A program made the translations under genes and the position numbers. 64,000 nt of DNA from Camelus dromedarius (lineage: Eukaryota): contig NC_087461.1 in assembly GCF_036321535.1 (NCBI RefSeq), forward strand, positions 27,528,001 to 27,592,000. The letters run 5' to 3'. Within the stretch, counting starts at the first letter, position 1. Each line of letters starts with the position of its first letter. The notes beneath the pieces are model-generated. The model ran no database searches and was not told where the DNA came from. It saw only the letters and a list, made by a program, of their open reading frames with translations. Of the stretch, positions 44,721-58,249 are shown piece by piece.

Positions 44721-47164
44721 CCTAACTCAGTCCTTTCTTAAGACTAGACAAAGGTTCTGGTCTTCGGAGAGGGAAGCTACGAAGAGCTCAGGGGCTGTAG
44801 ACGGACAAGCACGTCAGTGAAACAGAAACTCGAGCAGGACCCACGTCGGAAACAACGCCGTGCGCAGTGTGGTCCCGGGGCCTAGGGATCCTGGGGCAAA
44901 GGGGGTGCAAAAAGAAAAGAAGGAATGCACACTTCAAATATTTAGTACTGTAAATCATGTTTCCGCAAATGATTGTGAGCTTTGTGCTGAAACAATGACA
45001 GAACAAATGGAATTCTAATGGATCCAAGGAATTTCAAGAGCTGCCTAAGTGCTTAACATAGTACACAGAGTAACTCTCGGAATAAAGATTATACTTAATC
45101 TGTACTTTTAATCTATCTTAATTCAAGAAATTGAGCAACATAAAACTCATTTTTTCCTATTAAAAAACGTGCTTAAAAAGCATTAGAAGCATTACTTCAA
45201 TAGCTGCAATATCCTTTTAAAATTATGCCAGCACCTCCCCCCTTAAGTCTTCATTATCCTGTAGCATAGCTCGCTACCCTGGCTTGCTTTAGGCAAAAGT
45301 GACTCACACCTCAGGTGCTAAGGAAGCCGTTCATTCTGCTGCGTGTACACATTCCGCATTAGTACGTCTACTGCATCCAGATGGAATTACTAATTAAGTC
45401 AAGTCTGTGTGCATGCATTTGGAAACTTAATTAGCAGCGCTGATTTTTTAAAACCAATGATTTCTTCAAATCACTTAGTCCATAATAATATTTGTCCCCG
45501 TGGGCTGCAATTCTAAGAATTTTAATCATAATCTCTTTTTCAAAGTAAGAATCTATCTCAAGCCTCTTTTCATTAAGCAAACTATTTATATGAAATGCTT
45601 GGCAAGCAAGGACCAATCCCAAGCTCTGCTTAGTGAAAAAACAACAACAACAAAACACCTTTAGAGTCAGAGTTCACGCTGTTCAACACAGTAAATCCAT
45701 AGTGCGTGTTAGATGCGCATGTGCATTTCCAAACACAAAGGCGGGGATTTGGTCAGGTTTTCAACTGAGAAACATCAGGCCAGAAAGAAGATGGAGAAAC
45801 ACTCTCAATTCCCAGTCTCCCTTGTCTCCAGTTTCTTTTTCATCCACGGTGATTGAAAGTGTGTGACCACCAGAGCTCAGAGAGGGACATCCACCACCGT
45901 CTCGGCCGCTCGCTGAATGGGTCCCCGGCTTACCTAGGGGATGCTGTCTGCCAGTGAGACCACGCCAGGAGTCTGAACAATCCACCTGTCAGTTTCTAGA
46001 GCATGATAAACTTCAGGTGTTCACTTCTGCACTGTGGCACGGGCTTATCCACTGAAATGGCTTTACCTCAGATGAAGACAATTTATAGAGGTTAACAGTG
46101 CAATGTCTGTAAAGGCGCTGAATTGCTCACAGCACATTGTCCACTTCCTGGCTTGCCCTGTGTCTCACTGGTTAAGTATGATGTAGACACTGTCCACCCA
46201 CATCCAGTCGTTCCACTTGTCCGGCACACATGGGAGACCAGCCCTCTTACACATCAGTGGAGGTGGAAAGAAGCCGCAGCCTCCGACCAGAGAACCATAC
46301 AACAAACGTGGAAGCAAAAGCCCACACCACACGTGGGAAGCCTGAAGCCTGACTGGATTCTACAAAAGAACCCCCCAGCCCAAATAATCTAGTCCTTCTC
46401 TGCGTTCCACTCAAGAGCTCTAAGTGTCGTGGACAAATACAACACTAAAACTGAATGTTTTATTATTACAAAAGACAAATGAATTCAATCTTTGAATTCA
46501 CTTGTCCTTCAATATTTATCTTCCTATTCCTTTCCGCTCTCAGAAATCATTTACAAGGGTTCTGTGTATGATCACTTATTTCCAAAAAGAAGAAATCCAA
46601 TATGTCTGAATCTGTGATGAATTCTGATGCCCAAGAAAGGACTAACAGACTAAAACATAGTAATGTCAAATTACATCAATCTAAAAAAAGTAATGTGAAA
46701 ACCTACAAGTATCTGTAACGTCAGAGGTTCATACTAATGCACGAATTCGTAAGAAGCGCTTTCATCACAACTTCGTCATGTTTCCCTCTGGTTCCCAACT
46801 CTTGTGGCATGTTTTGATGCCATATTAAAAATAAGAGGGAAATTTTGAATTTAGAAACAAAAAATATTCTTTAACAGATATGTTTTACATTTAACAAAAA
46901 TCTATATACACACATGAACACCATACACATGTATACATTATAAATTGTAAATCTCTTCGGTATCTTTCTGTTTTACCATCAATATTAGCACATTAGTTTT
47001 GTTCAGTAAAAGTTAATCTCTTATTTCCATTCTATGCTATATGATGATGGACTACACAGGGGAAAAAGCTATTCTTTAAAACATATCGCTTATAGGGTAT
47101 AAAAAATAGGAATTCTAGGTAAATTACAGGCTATGATTTCTAAGAAACAATATATAAAGTGCAT

Positions 47165-47230
47165 TTCCCACTTTATAGAGCACAGAGAGTTTAAGCAACT
47201 TGACCAAGGTCACACAGTGAGGAATTGCTG
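47165..47230 (-). mobile_element. MIR fragment
   Basis: 'cccactttatagagcacagagagtttaagcaacttgaccaaggtcacacag'. Confidence 0.55.
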
Positions 47231-47536
47231 TTTCAGGATAGAGTATTAAAAGCAGGGTATAAAGTTTACACACAGTGCTATAAAATAAGGAAAGGCACAG
47301 ATACCTGGCTTAACTCTTTACCTCAGGCCTATGAGCAACAATTTGTTTCCTTTCTTATAAAATCAAGATGATAAGTGCTTCCAGCATATGACTTGCTACC
47401 ATTATGTGCAGCAAGATTTAATTTGAATCACACAGGTAGGACAGGACACACTGTAAATTTCTTTCCCCTATTAAATTTATGTATCTTTTCTTTTTCACAA
47501 AGGAGAAACATTAAAAAATGTATGTACAAAACTTAC

Positions 47537-47705
47537 CTTCTTTAGGATAATGTAAAATGGATTCATTAATAATAGAAGAGGTAATCCTTGAAAATTTTCC
47601 ACACAGTACAATGTATGTTGAAAAACCACTGATGTTTGGAATGATTTTCCTTGAAGATAGCCGTAAGATTTTAGTTAATTTTTTTAGCAAGTACTTTACT
47701 GCGTC
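47537..47705 (-). CDS. Candidate internal exon, unidentified (DAVKYLLKKLTKILRLSSRKIIPNISGFSTYIVLCGKFSRITSSIINESILHYPKE)
   Basis: 169 nt fully open in phase 0 between 'cacctgtaccatcag|' and a consensus donor AAG|gtaagt on the minus strand. No homology recognised. Confidence 0.25.
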
Positions 47706-47984
47706 CTGATGGTACAGGTGATAGTTCTAAGTACTCCTAGTCAAGCGCTGGCTCAGACCCACTTGTCTAAATAGGAGTCAGCTTGTCACAGCCTCAGGAA
47801 CAAGCCACATCCATGTTGTTATCACTGAATGGACAGAGGCCGTACATGACAGGGCTATTCACTCAGCCTATATTTTGTGATACTACCTCTATTATAAAAG
47901 ATTCAAAAGAAGTAGAGGCATTTTTATCATCTTTAGATAGATGAGGGAGGCTCTCCAAGTGTAATCCCGGTAATTTCTTTTCTT

Positions 47985-47991
47985 TTCTTCT

Positions 47992-48022
<31 letters not shown>
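47985..48022. repeat. Poly(T)/TTC tract
   Basis: 'ttttcttcttctttttttttttttttttttttttttt'. Confidence 0.9.
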
Positions 48023-48024
<2 letters not shown>

Positions 48025-48879
48025 CTCATGTAAGGGGGTTAAGAAGGAGGAAGCAAGGGCAACAAATGGAAACCTTTGGAAAAAAGATGATGTAATGATA
48101 ACGAGATTGGACAATAGCTCATTGTAGAAGAAAGTCCCAGAGGTTCTTGTGCTTGTTCTCAATAACGGAGGAGACGCTAAGACATCTGAGGACTACGGGA
48201 GAAGAAGCTGGGGGTCTCTTCAGAGGAGAAACAGAGCAAAGACTCAAGAAGAGGTGGCAGCCGAGCCTCCAAACAGGGTTCCTCCTCAGATAAACAGAGA
48301 AGCGGTTACTCCTCCAAGACAGGAGGGAGGCAGGCAGGGCTGTAGCTGGAGGAGTTTATCATTTTAAGAGATAAAACACTCACTGCTAATGATCCATTTA
48401 TCTCCATAGATTTAAAAATCTAAAGGAAAGGGAAATTCAGGGAAGAAAGAGGGAACCCTGAGGCTGATTTCCCCTGAGGGCAACTGTCCCCCAAGAACAG
48501 CTTGCACTGACAGCTTTCATGGTGAGACAGACAGAAGTGGAGAGGGCGTCTGTCCACGCTGGAGTCACAAAGGAGGCCGGCTCACCAAGACCCACCCTCA
48601 AGATAGGCAGAGCCCAAAATCTCACCCTCCATCCGGGGGGTTCAGGGACTAACAACTACTATAAGCTCACGAAATGTCTAAAGTCTTACTTCTTGTAGAA
48701 AACAAAGGCTCCCAGATGAAAAGTCTCCCAGTAAGGAATGGACAGAAAGAACCCGCAACTGTGTGAGTAAATCCAAACAAGCATTGGCTACACCAAGGAC
48801 AGTGAACATCTGTGGGATTATCCAGCAAAGAAGCACAAGGGAAGCGAATGGCAAACGTGAAAGCATGGCGAGAAGAGAC

Positions 48880-50369
48880 TGGAAGGCTTAAAGTGCTCTC
48901 AGATTCATGTGTTGGCTCTAGAGGGTGGTGAAAGCATTAAAATTAAATTTTAATCAATAAGGGCTGCAAGTCTTCTGATAACTTATATAAAAATCAGAGT
49001 CAAATTTACAGATACTAATTTTTAAATAGTGGAATGGTTAAAAATAGCTCATTCTAAAAGAAACCATTAAAGGAGAGGAAAGCAAAATTAAACAGGTATA
49101 ATCAGTAGAAAGCAGAAACATGATGAATTAAACCAACTGTATTGTTAATAGCAAAAAAAAAAAATCAGTTGATCCAATCCTCTAGGTAAAGGAAAAACAT
49201 TATTAGCTAGGATTTTTAAAAAGGATTCTACCATCTTCTGTTTTATATTTAAACATAACAGAATATAGGTATGCCTATGTATGACTGAAATATGCTATAC
49301 ACCAGAAAAACACAACAGAATACAGACACTGAAAGGAAAAGGGTTTTAAAGAAAATAGTAGAACTAAAATAATCATCACACGAAGCTGGTGAACTTTTAT
49401 TAATAGTAGACAAAATAGACTGTGAACAAAACAAAACAAAATAAAATATTTCTAGAAATAAGACGGAGAACCTATTAAAAATAAAATTTAATGTACTTCA
49501 AAACAGAGCATCAAAATGTATAAATAAAAAAATGATATAAGAAAAAATAGACAAAAAATAAAATTAAAAGATTTTAGCATAATTCCATCAGTAGTTTGGA
49601 GAACAAACATTAGTAAAAGAAATTTAGAGAACACATTAACAAGCATTGCTTAAAAAACAACACAGAACAGAATTCTTCATCCAAGAGCTGTTGAATACAC
49701 ATTATTTTTGAACCTACATTGCACAATTGTAAAAGCTGACCATTTCCTGGACCATAAAACAACTCTCAAGAAATTTCAAGTTGAACCAATATAGAATATA
49801 TTCTGTATTCTAAGAACACAGTTTAAGATAAAAATGAATTATGAAAACTAGAAACCTTCCTATATGTTTGAAGATTAAGAAATATAGTTCTATAAATGCA
49901 TTGAAGCAAATAATAAAAATGATACTATTTTGAACTGAACAATAAATAAAATGCGTATCTAAAGTTGCGGGATGCAAGCAAAATCGTGGGCTTGGTAGTG
50001 CGTTTATTGAGAGGGCGTATAATCAAAAGTTAAAGACACGCATCTTAAGAAATTAGGAGAATAACAGAAAGGAAAGCAAAATAAACCCAGGGAAAGAAGA
50101 AAGGAAATACCACAAGTGAGGACACAACTCAATAAACTAGAACTTGTGCAGTTAACAGGCAAAGTCAACAAAGTGAAAAGGTGCTTTTTGAAAAGACTGA
50201 TAGACGTGAAATTCCTCTGACAGTGCTGTTCAGAGAAGACAAGTGCAGACCACGTATCCGAAATCAAAAGTTTATGAAGGAGCCTCTGAGCAAGAAGGTG
50301 ATGAACAGACATCAAGGAAAGCTTTACGGGAACATTTCACAATTTAATGAAATAAAAATATCCCTTGAA

Positions 50370-50409
<40 letters not shown>

Positions 50410-51420
50410 AATACAGCAAAATTGACTCAAGAAGAAATAGAAAACCTGATCTGTCTTTAAGAAATCTGACTATTCAAAAACCTTCCCTCGGGGAAAACTC
50501 TAGGCCTAGAAGACTTCATCAGAGAGTTTTTACAAACACTGAGAGCAGGATGAATCAAATGTAGCACAGGCAAGAGAAAAGATACAGAGGAAACTCTGTG
50601 GCTCACTTTCTGAGGCTGACATAAAGCGAGAAACTAAAATGCATCGAGAGCATAAAGGAAAGGAAGCCACAATTTCATGTCGTTCATGAGAAAAAGGCAA
50701 CAAGCCTAACTGAAAGGATGGCAGACTCAGCGACACATTAAAAAATGAGTAATATACCGAGAGCAAGCCAGCTGTGCACTAGGAAAGCGTGACTTTTCAT
50801 GTCAGAATATTGGTAGGTATGTTTATCGTTAAATGTTTAAAGTCAAAGCCAATAAATCATCTCAACATATACAGAAAAACTTTCTGATAAAATTTGAAAC
50901 CCATCCACTGTGAAAACAAATGCCAAAACCTCAGCAAACAAAGCATTGAAACAAATGTCTTCCTATAAAGTATATCTACAAAGACCTTACAGTCAACTAG
51001 TAAAACACTGACGGCGTTCATTTTGGGGGTGAAAAAAAAAATAAAGACGCCTAATGCCACCATTTCAGTTCAATATTTTATGCAGGTCTTACCTGTGCAA
51101 TAGTTCCCACCTCCTCCAAACAAAAGGAGAATACAAAGAAAAAGGGAAAAAAAAATGTGTAAGAGAATCCAAGAGGAATTATTATTTGTCTTAGTAAATT
51201 TGAATTAGATATTAGAATTATTTAAATATTAAGTCTAGAATTAGAAATTATTAATTTTAATAAGCCTCCTGGAAAAGAAGCTAATAAGTAAAAATCCATT
51301 CTATTTCTATGTATCAGCAAATGCTAAAAGGGCAAAAACTGCAACTTTTACAAGAGCAGCAAATACTTTAAAGTAATAAGTTATATGCAAGAATTCTACA
51401 GAAAGAAATTATAAAATGTC
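48880..51420 (+). mobile_element. Old, heavily decayed L1 (ORF2 endonuclease to RT region)
   Basis: 'tatctaaagttgcgggatgcaagc', 'gctttttgaaaagactgatag', 'aaaattgactcaagaagaaatagaaaacctg', 'tcaacatatacagaaaaactttctgataaaatt', 'gacgcctaatgccaccatttcagttcaatatt'. Confidence 0.75.
50371..50406. repeat. (AC)18 microsatellite
   Basis: Uninterrupted AC run within the L1. Confidence 0.95.
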
Positions 51421-51519
51421 ATTAAATTAAGATCTACATAAATTAGTATGTAAACCTTAATTACACTGGAAGTCTCATAACTATTAAGTTCTTGGTTTCC
51501 CCCAAAATATGTTACAAAG

Positions 51520-53080
51520 AAATTATATTGACACATGGCACTACCCATGGAAACTAATAAAGCTCCAATGAATGACCCAAAAGAAATGGAAATGTATGCC
51601 CATCTGGAAAAGAATTTAGAATAATCCTCTAAAAGAAATTCAGTAACATATAAGAAAACACAGATAGACAAATAAAAGTAGGAAAACAATGCATAAACAA
51701 AACAAGATGTTCAACAAAGATATAGGAACCATTAAAAGCAACGAGAAATCCTAGAGGTGAAGAATTCAGCGACTGAGCTGAATGATCCACCGAAGAACTT
51801 CAGCAGCAGGTTCCAACGAGCAGGAGGAAGAGTCAGCGAGCCAACAGGTCACTCGCAGTCATCCAGCTGGAGGAAGAAAAAGCAAACAAACAAAAAAAGA
51901 ATGAAAAGAGAGTAAAATAAAGCCTATGTGGTTTATGAAATACCATTATGAGAAACACTTTGGGCTGAAAGAGGCAGAAAGCTATTTAAACAAATAATGG
52001 CTGACAATTTCCCAAATCTGGGGAAAAATCTAGACATCATGTTTATAAAGCTAATAATAGATCACCCCAAAATCTCACCCTAAGATGATCTTCTCCAAGA
52101 CATATTGTAATAAAACTGCCTAAAGCAAAGACGAAGGGAAGTTTTAAAGAATTTTAAAAGCAAGAGGAAATGAAAATCTTCACTTAAAAAGGAACCTCCA
52201 TAAGACTATCGGCAACAAAGGAACTTATTTACAAAGCAGAACAGACTCACAGGCAAAAAGCAAACCTATGGTTACCATGGGGAAAAGAGGTGGGAAGGGA
52301 TAAATTGGGAGTTTGAGATTTGCAGATACTAGATACTATATATAAAATAGATAAACAACAAGGTCCTGCTGTGTAGCACAGGGAACCATATTCAATATCT
52401 TGTAATAGCCTGTAATGAAAAGAATATAAAAAGGAATATACATATGTACACGTATGACTGAAACATTATGCTGTACACCAGAGATTGACACAGCATTGTA
52501 AACTGACTACACTTCAATGAAAAATAAATAAAGTTAAATAAAATAAAAATAAGTCTATCTGCAGATTTCTCAGCAGAAACCATACAGGCCAGAAGTCAGA
52601 GGAATGCTATATTCAAAATGGTGAGAAAAAAGCAAAAAATCAAGAATCCTGCAGTAAAGTTGTCCTTCACAAATGAAGGCAAAATGAAGGCTTTCCCAAA
52701 CAGAAGCTGGGAGAGTTCGGCACCACTGGAATTGCCTCACAAGAAACACTGAGAGAGTTCTTCACCCTGAAGTGGAAGGATCCTCATTAGTAACATAAAA
52801 ACATATGAAAATATAGAACATACTAGTGACAGTCAGTATAGAGTAAAATTCAGGATGTCATAAGACTAAAATATGGTTGTGTGTCAATCACTGAACATTA
52901 CAATAAGGTTAAATTACAAAGTATTAAAATTACTATACTATAGCTACAAAAATTTGTTAATGTATACAAAGAAGATATAAATAGTGACATCAAAACCACA
53001 GAATGTGGAGGGGAGAGAGTAAAAAGCTAACATTTTATATACCATGGAGTTTACATTGTTATCAGCTTAAAATAGACTAT
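51520..53080 (+). mobile_element. L1 ORF1 region (L1M-type), interrupted by a younger L1 tail
   Basis: 'gacccaaaagaaatggaaatgtatg', 'aataatggctgacaatttcccaaatctggggaaa', 'gcagatttctcagcagaaaccatacaggccagaag', 'tcctgcagtaaagttgtccttcacaaatgaagg'. Confidence 0.85.
52215..52548 (+). mobile_element. 5'-truncated lineage-type L1 3' end with 15-bp TSD, nested in L1 ORF1
   Basis: TSD ataagactatcggca (52200-52214) / ataagtctatctgca (52549-52563), 13/15 identical. A-rich tail. Host ORF1 resumes exactly. Confidence 0.9.
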
Positions 53081-54257
53081 ATGATTGCAATTTCTTCCTA
53101 TCCTCACCAACACTTAACTATTTTCTGTGTGCATTTTTTTTCATAATAGCCATCTTCCTGGCTGTGAAGTGCTATTTTACTGTTTTTGCTGGCATTTCCT
53201 TAATACCAATTTATTTTTGAGCGGGAACATTTACACACCCCAACCACTGCCCCCACCTTTGTACCACAATGGCGTCCTTTCTTAGAGCAAGGAGAACTGT
53301 AAGTAGTCAAAGGATTCCAGAATCTTCTGAGTAGATTTCCCCCTTAGTCTATGCACTTTACAGAAAAGACACTGCGTGCCCAGTCAAAGAAAACAGTTTC
53401 AATTGTTTACATAAGTTTACAGTACAGGTGATAGCTCTGTTTGGATCCCTCCTCCAAGGTGCGATACGCCCTCTGCTGAAGTGAAAAGACTGGCCTGTTT
53501 TACTTCAAGCTGTTACCCTGCACATAGAGCAAGGGAAAGATACTGGAAAACCTCCTAAGAATTCAAGGTTCTTTTGACCTTAGCTTGAAAATTAAAAAGA
53601 ATGAGGAAATATTTTCTTGCTGGTTCAGAGCCAAAGACCCTTGGCCAGAACCACTCTGTGGAGCTCCTTTCAGCTGAGTCCGAGGCTGGGACTCCGGGGA
53701 GGCCCTGAAGGGCCGAGGATGTGGGAGCCCAGCACCTCTCACCTGCGGCGTGCCCATCCAGAGGAGACCCAGAGGAGGCTGTCAGCTTGATCTGGATCCA
53801 GTTTACAAAGTGTGCCTGAGCTTGAAGCTAGGAGACACTTCCCCTCTCAGCCCAGCAGGCAGGCATGTGAGCTGTAACCTTCTATCAGTTTATTTTAAAA
53901 CCCTCATGGAAGTCAGCACATTTTTAAAACACTTAAGTCTATTGTTTCCTTCTTGGGAAAGAAAAAAAAAGTGCTAAAGAATGTTAAGCTTTTCTAAGCA
54001 GCACCCTAACTCACAGCCAGATGAAATGTCTTTCCTTCATAGATTCCCCGAGGCATCATTATAATGAAAAAGTAGGCACCGGAAAAACACTTAACCCAGT
54101 TGTGACTGGAGAAAAAGTCACTTTTTGGATGACCCGTGTAAAAATCGCCACACGTTTTATTCTAATCACTGCTCTCTCTGCAAAACATTCTCATCTCCAG
54201 TGGATACTGGTGAACTACTGCCCTCTAAAGGTCATGACCTTGGGCGCCAGTAAGCGT

Positions 54258-54325
54258 TTATCATCACAGCCAGAAATTGACACACTGTAAACTGACTATG
54301 CTTCAATAAAACAAGAAAGAAAGAA
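54258..54325 (+). mobile_element. Very short L1 3'-terminal fragment
   Basis: 'agccagaaattgacacactgtaaactgactatgcttcaataaaacaagaaag' matches the 52478-52520 tail. Confidence 0.65.
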
Positions 54326-54899
54326 TCAAAAATAAACAACGCACATACACACGAGAAAGTCTGCCGACACTTATGCTCTCCAGCGCGCACCCTCAGTGCA
54401 CAGCACTTTCGTCCGCTTTGTTTAGGAAATAAACTGGTGGTGGCCCATAAAACAAACAAACAAACAAACCAAGACTGAAATGACACTGAAGTCGGCTTTC
54501 AGTGGTCTGAGCGCAAAAGCCGCGGAAGTGCTCCCCCGCCCCCTGCATGGATCTAGGCACGAGTTTCAGTCATTTAGTTTTCTCTGCTTTCTATCCCTAG
54601 GTTTTCGTGACTGCTTCCTCTGTGGGCTCCTTATCTCTTGGGTGTCCTCACTCACTCTGGACCAGTCCCGTGCTCCCTTCTTCCTGTCCTCAGCTAAGAG
54701 AGGAGGTACATGCTAACAGGGCTTGCAGGGTGACCTGGGCGGGGGAGAAGGCTGCTGTGTAATTCTAGTTCATGGACTGCCGCCCTCAACAGGCTTTAAC
54801 CTCCAGAAGGATAAGCATTGCTATATTTGCAAATGTTTCCTTTGAGCCAAGAACTGTGTTTGACGTATATTAGGCTGTCGTGAAATTATTAAGTAAATT

Positions 54900-55150
54900 A
54901 TTTCGCTAAGGGATAAATGGGGAGTTCGAGAGTTGCAGACACTAACTACTGTATATAAAATAGATAAACAACAAGCTTCGACTGTACAGCACAGGGAACT
55001 GTATTCAGTATCTTGTAGTGACCTGTAATGAAAAAGGACATGAAAGAGAACATGTGTACGTATATGCATGATTGAGACACTGCGCTGCACGCCGGAAACT
55101 GACGCAACATTGTAACCTGACTACACGCCAATTAAAAAAAAGAAATAAAA
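54900..55150 (+). mobile_element. 5'-truncated lineage-type L1 3' end
   Basis: 'gggataaatggggagttcgagagttgcagac...aaaatagataaacaacaag...agcacagggaactgtattcagtatcttgta' is collinear with 52296-52520. Confidence 0.9.
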
Positions 55151-57599
55151 TGTTTTTCAGTTTTCTTGTACTCTTACCGTACGTTTGCTTGCCTTCTTTC
55201 TAGGCTCTTCCTATTAAAAGGTCACATCATGTCACTTCTTTCTGCTTCTGTTATCTTCAAGTGCCCTTCAATTCAGCTGACTACGGGCTCTGTCTCATTT
55301 TCACGTTTCCTGGGGCACCGCACGTGGTAACCATCGTGATCCGTAAATTTACCCGTATAAGCCTTCTTCCATTTCTACACAATTAAGTGGGCAAGTAGCT
55401 CAGTTGTAGGCTTTCCCTTTAGAACCCATTGATCGGGATGCAGAGGAGACAGATCCAAACTCTTTAACGTGGCGCTGTCTGGGGAAGGAGTCGCCTACAC
55501 GGCGACTGACTGACACACGAGACAGGGTTTGGAGGGCATGAGTGTGATTCATAACGTGGTCACATAGCTGCTTAGCAGTGGAACATTTTATCTGAGAACA
55601 CCTTTTGGTTTTCAACAGACTCCCTATAAGATTTCTTACTTTGGTAGCTACAACAGGTTCAAACATCCTCCTTTTACGGATAAAGGTGCTGAACGCAGAG
55701 ATGTGAGTGTCCCTCCTCTGTGGGTGCCTGGTGTATTGCCTTACCTGCAGTGTATATTCACCGTCACCTCTAAGGGTTCATTCATATACCAAAGACAGTG
55801 ATCTAGTTTCTATTGTCAAACCAGGTATCTTCCTAGGTTTTGTGGATACAAAATATATTACAAAAAAATAAATACATAAAAATAGTATCACTTGCTCTTT
55901 AAGTGATTGGAGCCTATGAGAAAACCAATAACTGTAATGACCTCATAGAACTCATTTCAAATTACTGTTATTCATTACACTTATGGTGGAATATGGTCTC
56001 TGTTTATGGAAATCACAAAGATTTTTTTTGTTAGGTTGCAACTGGCAGGGAAAATCCAAGTTAAAAGCTGAGAGAACAGAGGCCAATGCCTCAGAAATGT
56101 TCCTTAACCTCAACGTGTCTCAGCTCACGCAGAGACTTTGCTCGAGAAGGTCAACCATGAGGGAAAGTTGACCAGGGACCAAGGGACGTTACCCACACGG
56201 ACAAAGAGAGGTGCATGAAGAAAAAGGTTCTCAGTTTCTACCATGTTTCATGTTGCTTTATTTTGGTGGAGTCATTTATTTTCTCCTTTAATTTGTTCTC
56301 CAAATATTATCAAGTCTTCCATTGGACCAGCATGACCTAATTATGTTTTTATTTCTTTGGCTGAATATCTTACAAAGCAATCCGACCTTTTACAACATTT
56401 GTCACCTGCTTGAGAAAATCAAAGGTGAGCCCCATCTCTTGATAAAATACCATGTTGCAATTCTTTCCCTACTTCTTAAGGTGATTAAATCTAACTGAAG
56501 AAGAAATACCATTTATTTTTTAAAGAACAGAGCTGATGTTTGGGAGAGGTCAGTTCTTTTCTGTGGAAAACTGCTGAAAATCCAAATTCACATCTCACTT
56601 CACCTAGAGTCAGAATGTCTCCTCCATAAAAACCCAGACTGTAAAGAATCCAAGTGAAAGTCGGCTTAGAACCAGGAAAAATGTTGCAAATCTGCCAGAG
56701 AAGCCACTGTGAGCACGATTCAAATGAGTCACTAAACCAGAGAACAATAATAGAACTTTCTCTCGGTAGAACTCTGTTTGTCACGGTCGTTTTCTACGTT
56801 TCCAACTTGTCTGCAGGTCTGTTATTCAAGGGCAGGAAGGCAGATACGGGGATATTAAATCGCCAAGCCGGGAAACCGAGATGATTTGCATAAAATCCAA
56901 TCTCCAGCTGGTAGCAGGACCAGGACTGTTTTTCTTGCAGGCGATATCTGTGTGGGTTTTTCCCCCCTTTTCTGCTTAGACCATTGGAGCCAGGAAGCCG
57001 ACATCTTATACCAAACTGCTATCCCTCTTGGTAACTCTACAAAGTGGTTTTGGCTTTTTTCCCCCAAACTCTTTAACAGAAATGTCTACTCTTTTCTACT
57101 TCAAACAGTGTAATTACCAGCAAGTAATTCAAAATATATTTTAAAACCCAGATAAACAGACTGATTTTTATACTGAATTCTTACACTTGTCAGTTGTACA
57201 ATTACTCTCTCGGCGGGAAGAGCTGCCACGCCTGGATTCCTGGAGTCATATGATACACTGAGACGCTGCGCTGACCTTGCACCACTGGAATGTGTGAATG
57301 GTCCATAAATTTAATTTTGAAGGAACTCAACACAGGAAAATAGGTTGCTTATAAAGGCATTTCCCCCTTGTTAAAATATATAAAATAACGTTTCTATCAT
57401 TCCTGTTGGTATTTGACATCACGGTTTTCATTTTTATTGTGAGAACAAATGAGCAAATAAAATCTACTTCCAAGGACAGAGGGAGCTCAAGGGGCACGTC
57501 TTCACTGGGTGATTGAGGCGGGTTTAAAAACATTAAGTCTGATGCAAAATGATGACATTTCTTTTATTACAGAACCATTTCTTTTCTGTTTCCTTTTTC

Positions 57600-57716
57600 C
57601 TTCGGGGGGAAGGTAATTAGGTTGCATTTATTTACTGTAATGGAGGCACTGGGGGTTGAACCCAGGACCTTGCTTGCTGGGCTTGTGCTCTGCCCCCGAG
57701 CTACGCCCTCCCCAAC
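57600..57716 (-). mobile_element. tRNA-Ala-derived SINE (vic-1-like)
   Basis: 'ggggggaaggtaattagg...aatggaggcactgggggttgaacccaggacc...gagctacgccctcccc' is the reverse SINE, same layout as 13795-13900. Confidence 0.85.
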
Positions 57717-58088
57717 AAAAGCCATTTCTTTTAAAGTGAACAGGAAACTCTTCCCTTGGCTCTCTCCTTGCCAACCTCTACCCCACTTCCCTACCCAATT
57801 TTCCTTGATAATCTAAAAAGAGTAGGATCACTAAGGACTTCTCTGAAAATATAACCAGCACGACCTCTGTGCTCTCGGGCTGACTTCTGACTCTCCTTGG
57901 CAGAAACGCCATTCCTCTCTTTCTTTGTGCCTCAGCAGAGACCTGCAGGGTCTGGTTTGTCCAAACCATCAAGGCCTGGTGGCCTTGCATCTTCTCCTGG
58001 GATACAAATTCTCATGGAGTGTGTTTGTCCACTTCCTTTTCCCTCCTGTAAGCAGTTCTTCTTCCCACGCCTTTTTGAAAAAACTACT

Positions 58089-58249
58089 NNNNNNNNNNNN
58101 NNNNNNNNNNNNNNNNNNNNNNNNNNNNNNNNNNNNNNNNNNNNNNNNNNNNNNNNNNNNNNNNNNNNNNNNNNNNNNNNNNNNNNNNNNNNNNNNNNNN
58201 NNNNNNNNNNNNNNNNNNNNNNNNNNNNNNNNNNNNNNNNNNNNNNNNN
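58089..58249. other. Assembly gap (N run, 161 nt)
   Basis: Run of n. Confidence 1.

Noticed and set aside
56725-56891. AP-1 (TGAGTCA, 56725) and octamer (ATTTGCAT, 56884) motifs
   Set aside because: 7-8-mers are expected about once or more by chance in 64 kb on two strands. There is no Ig leader/V exon or other supporting context.
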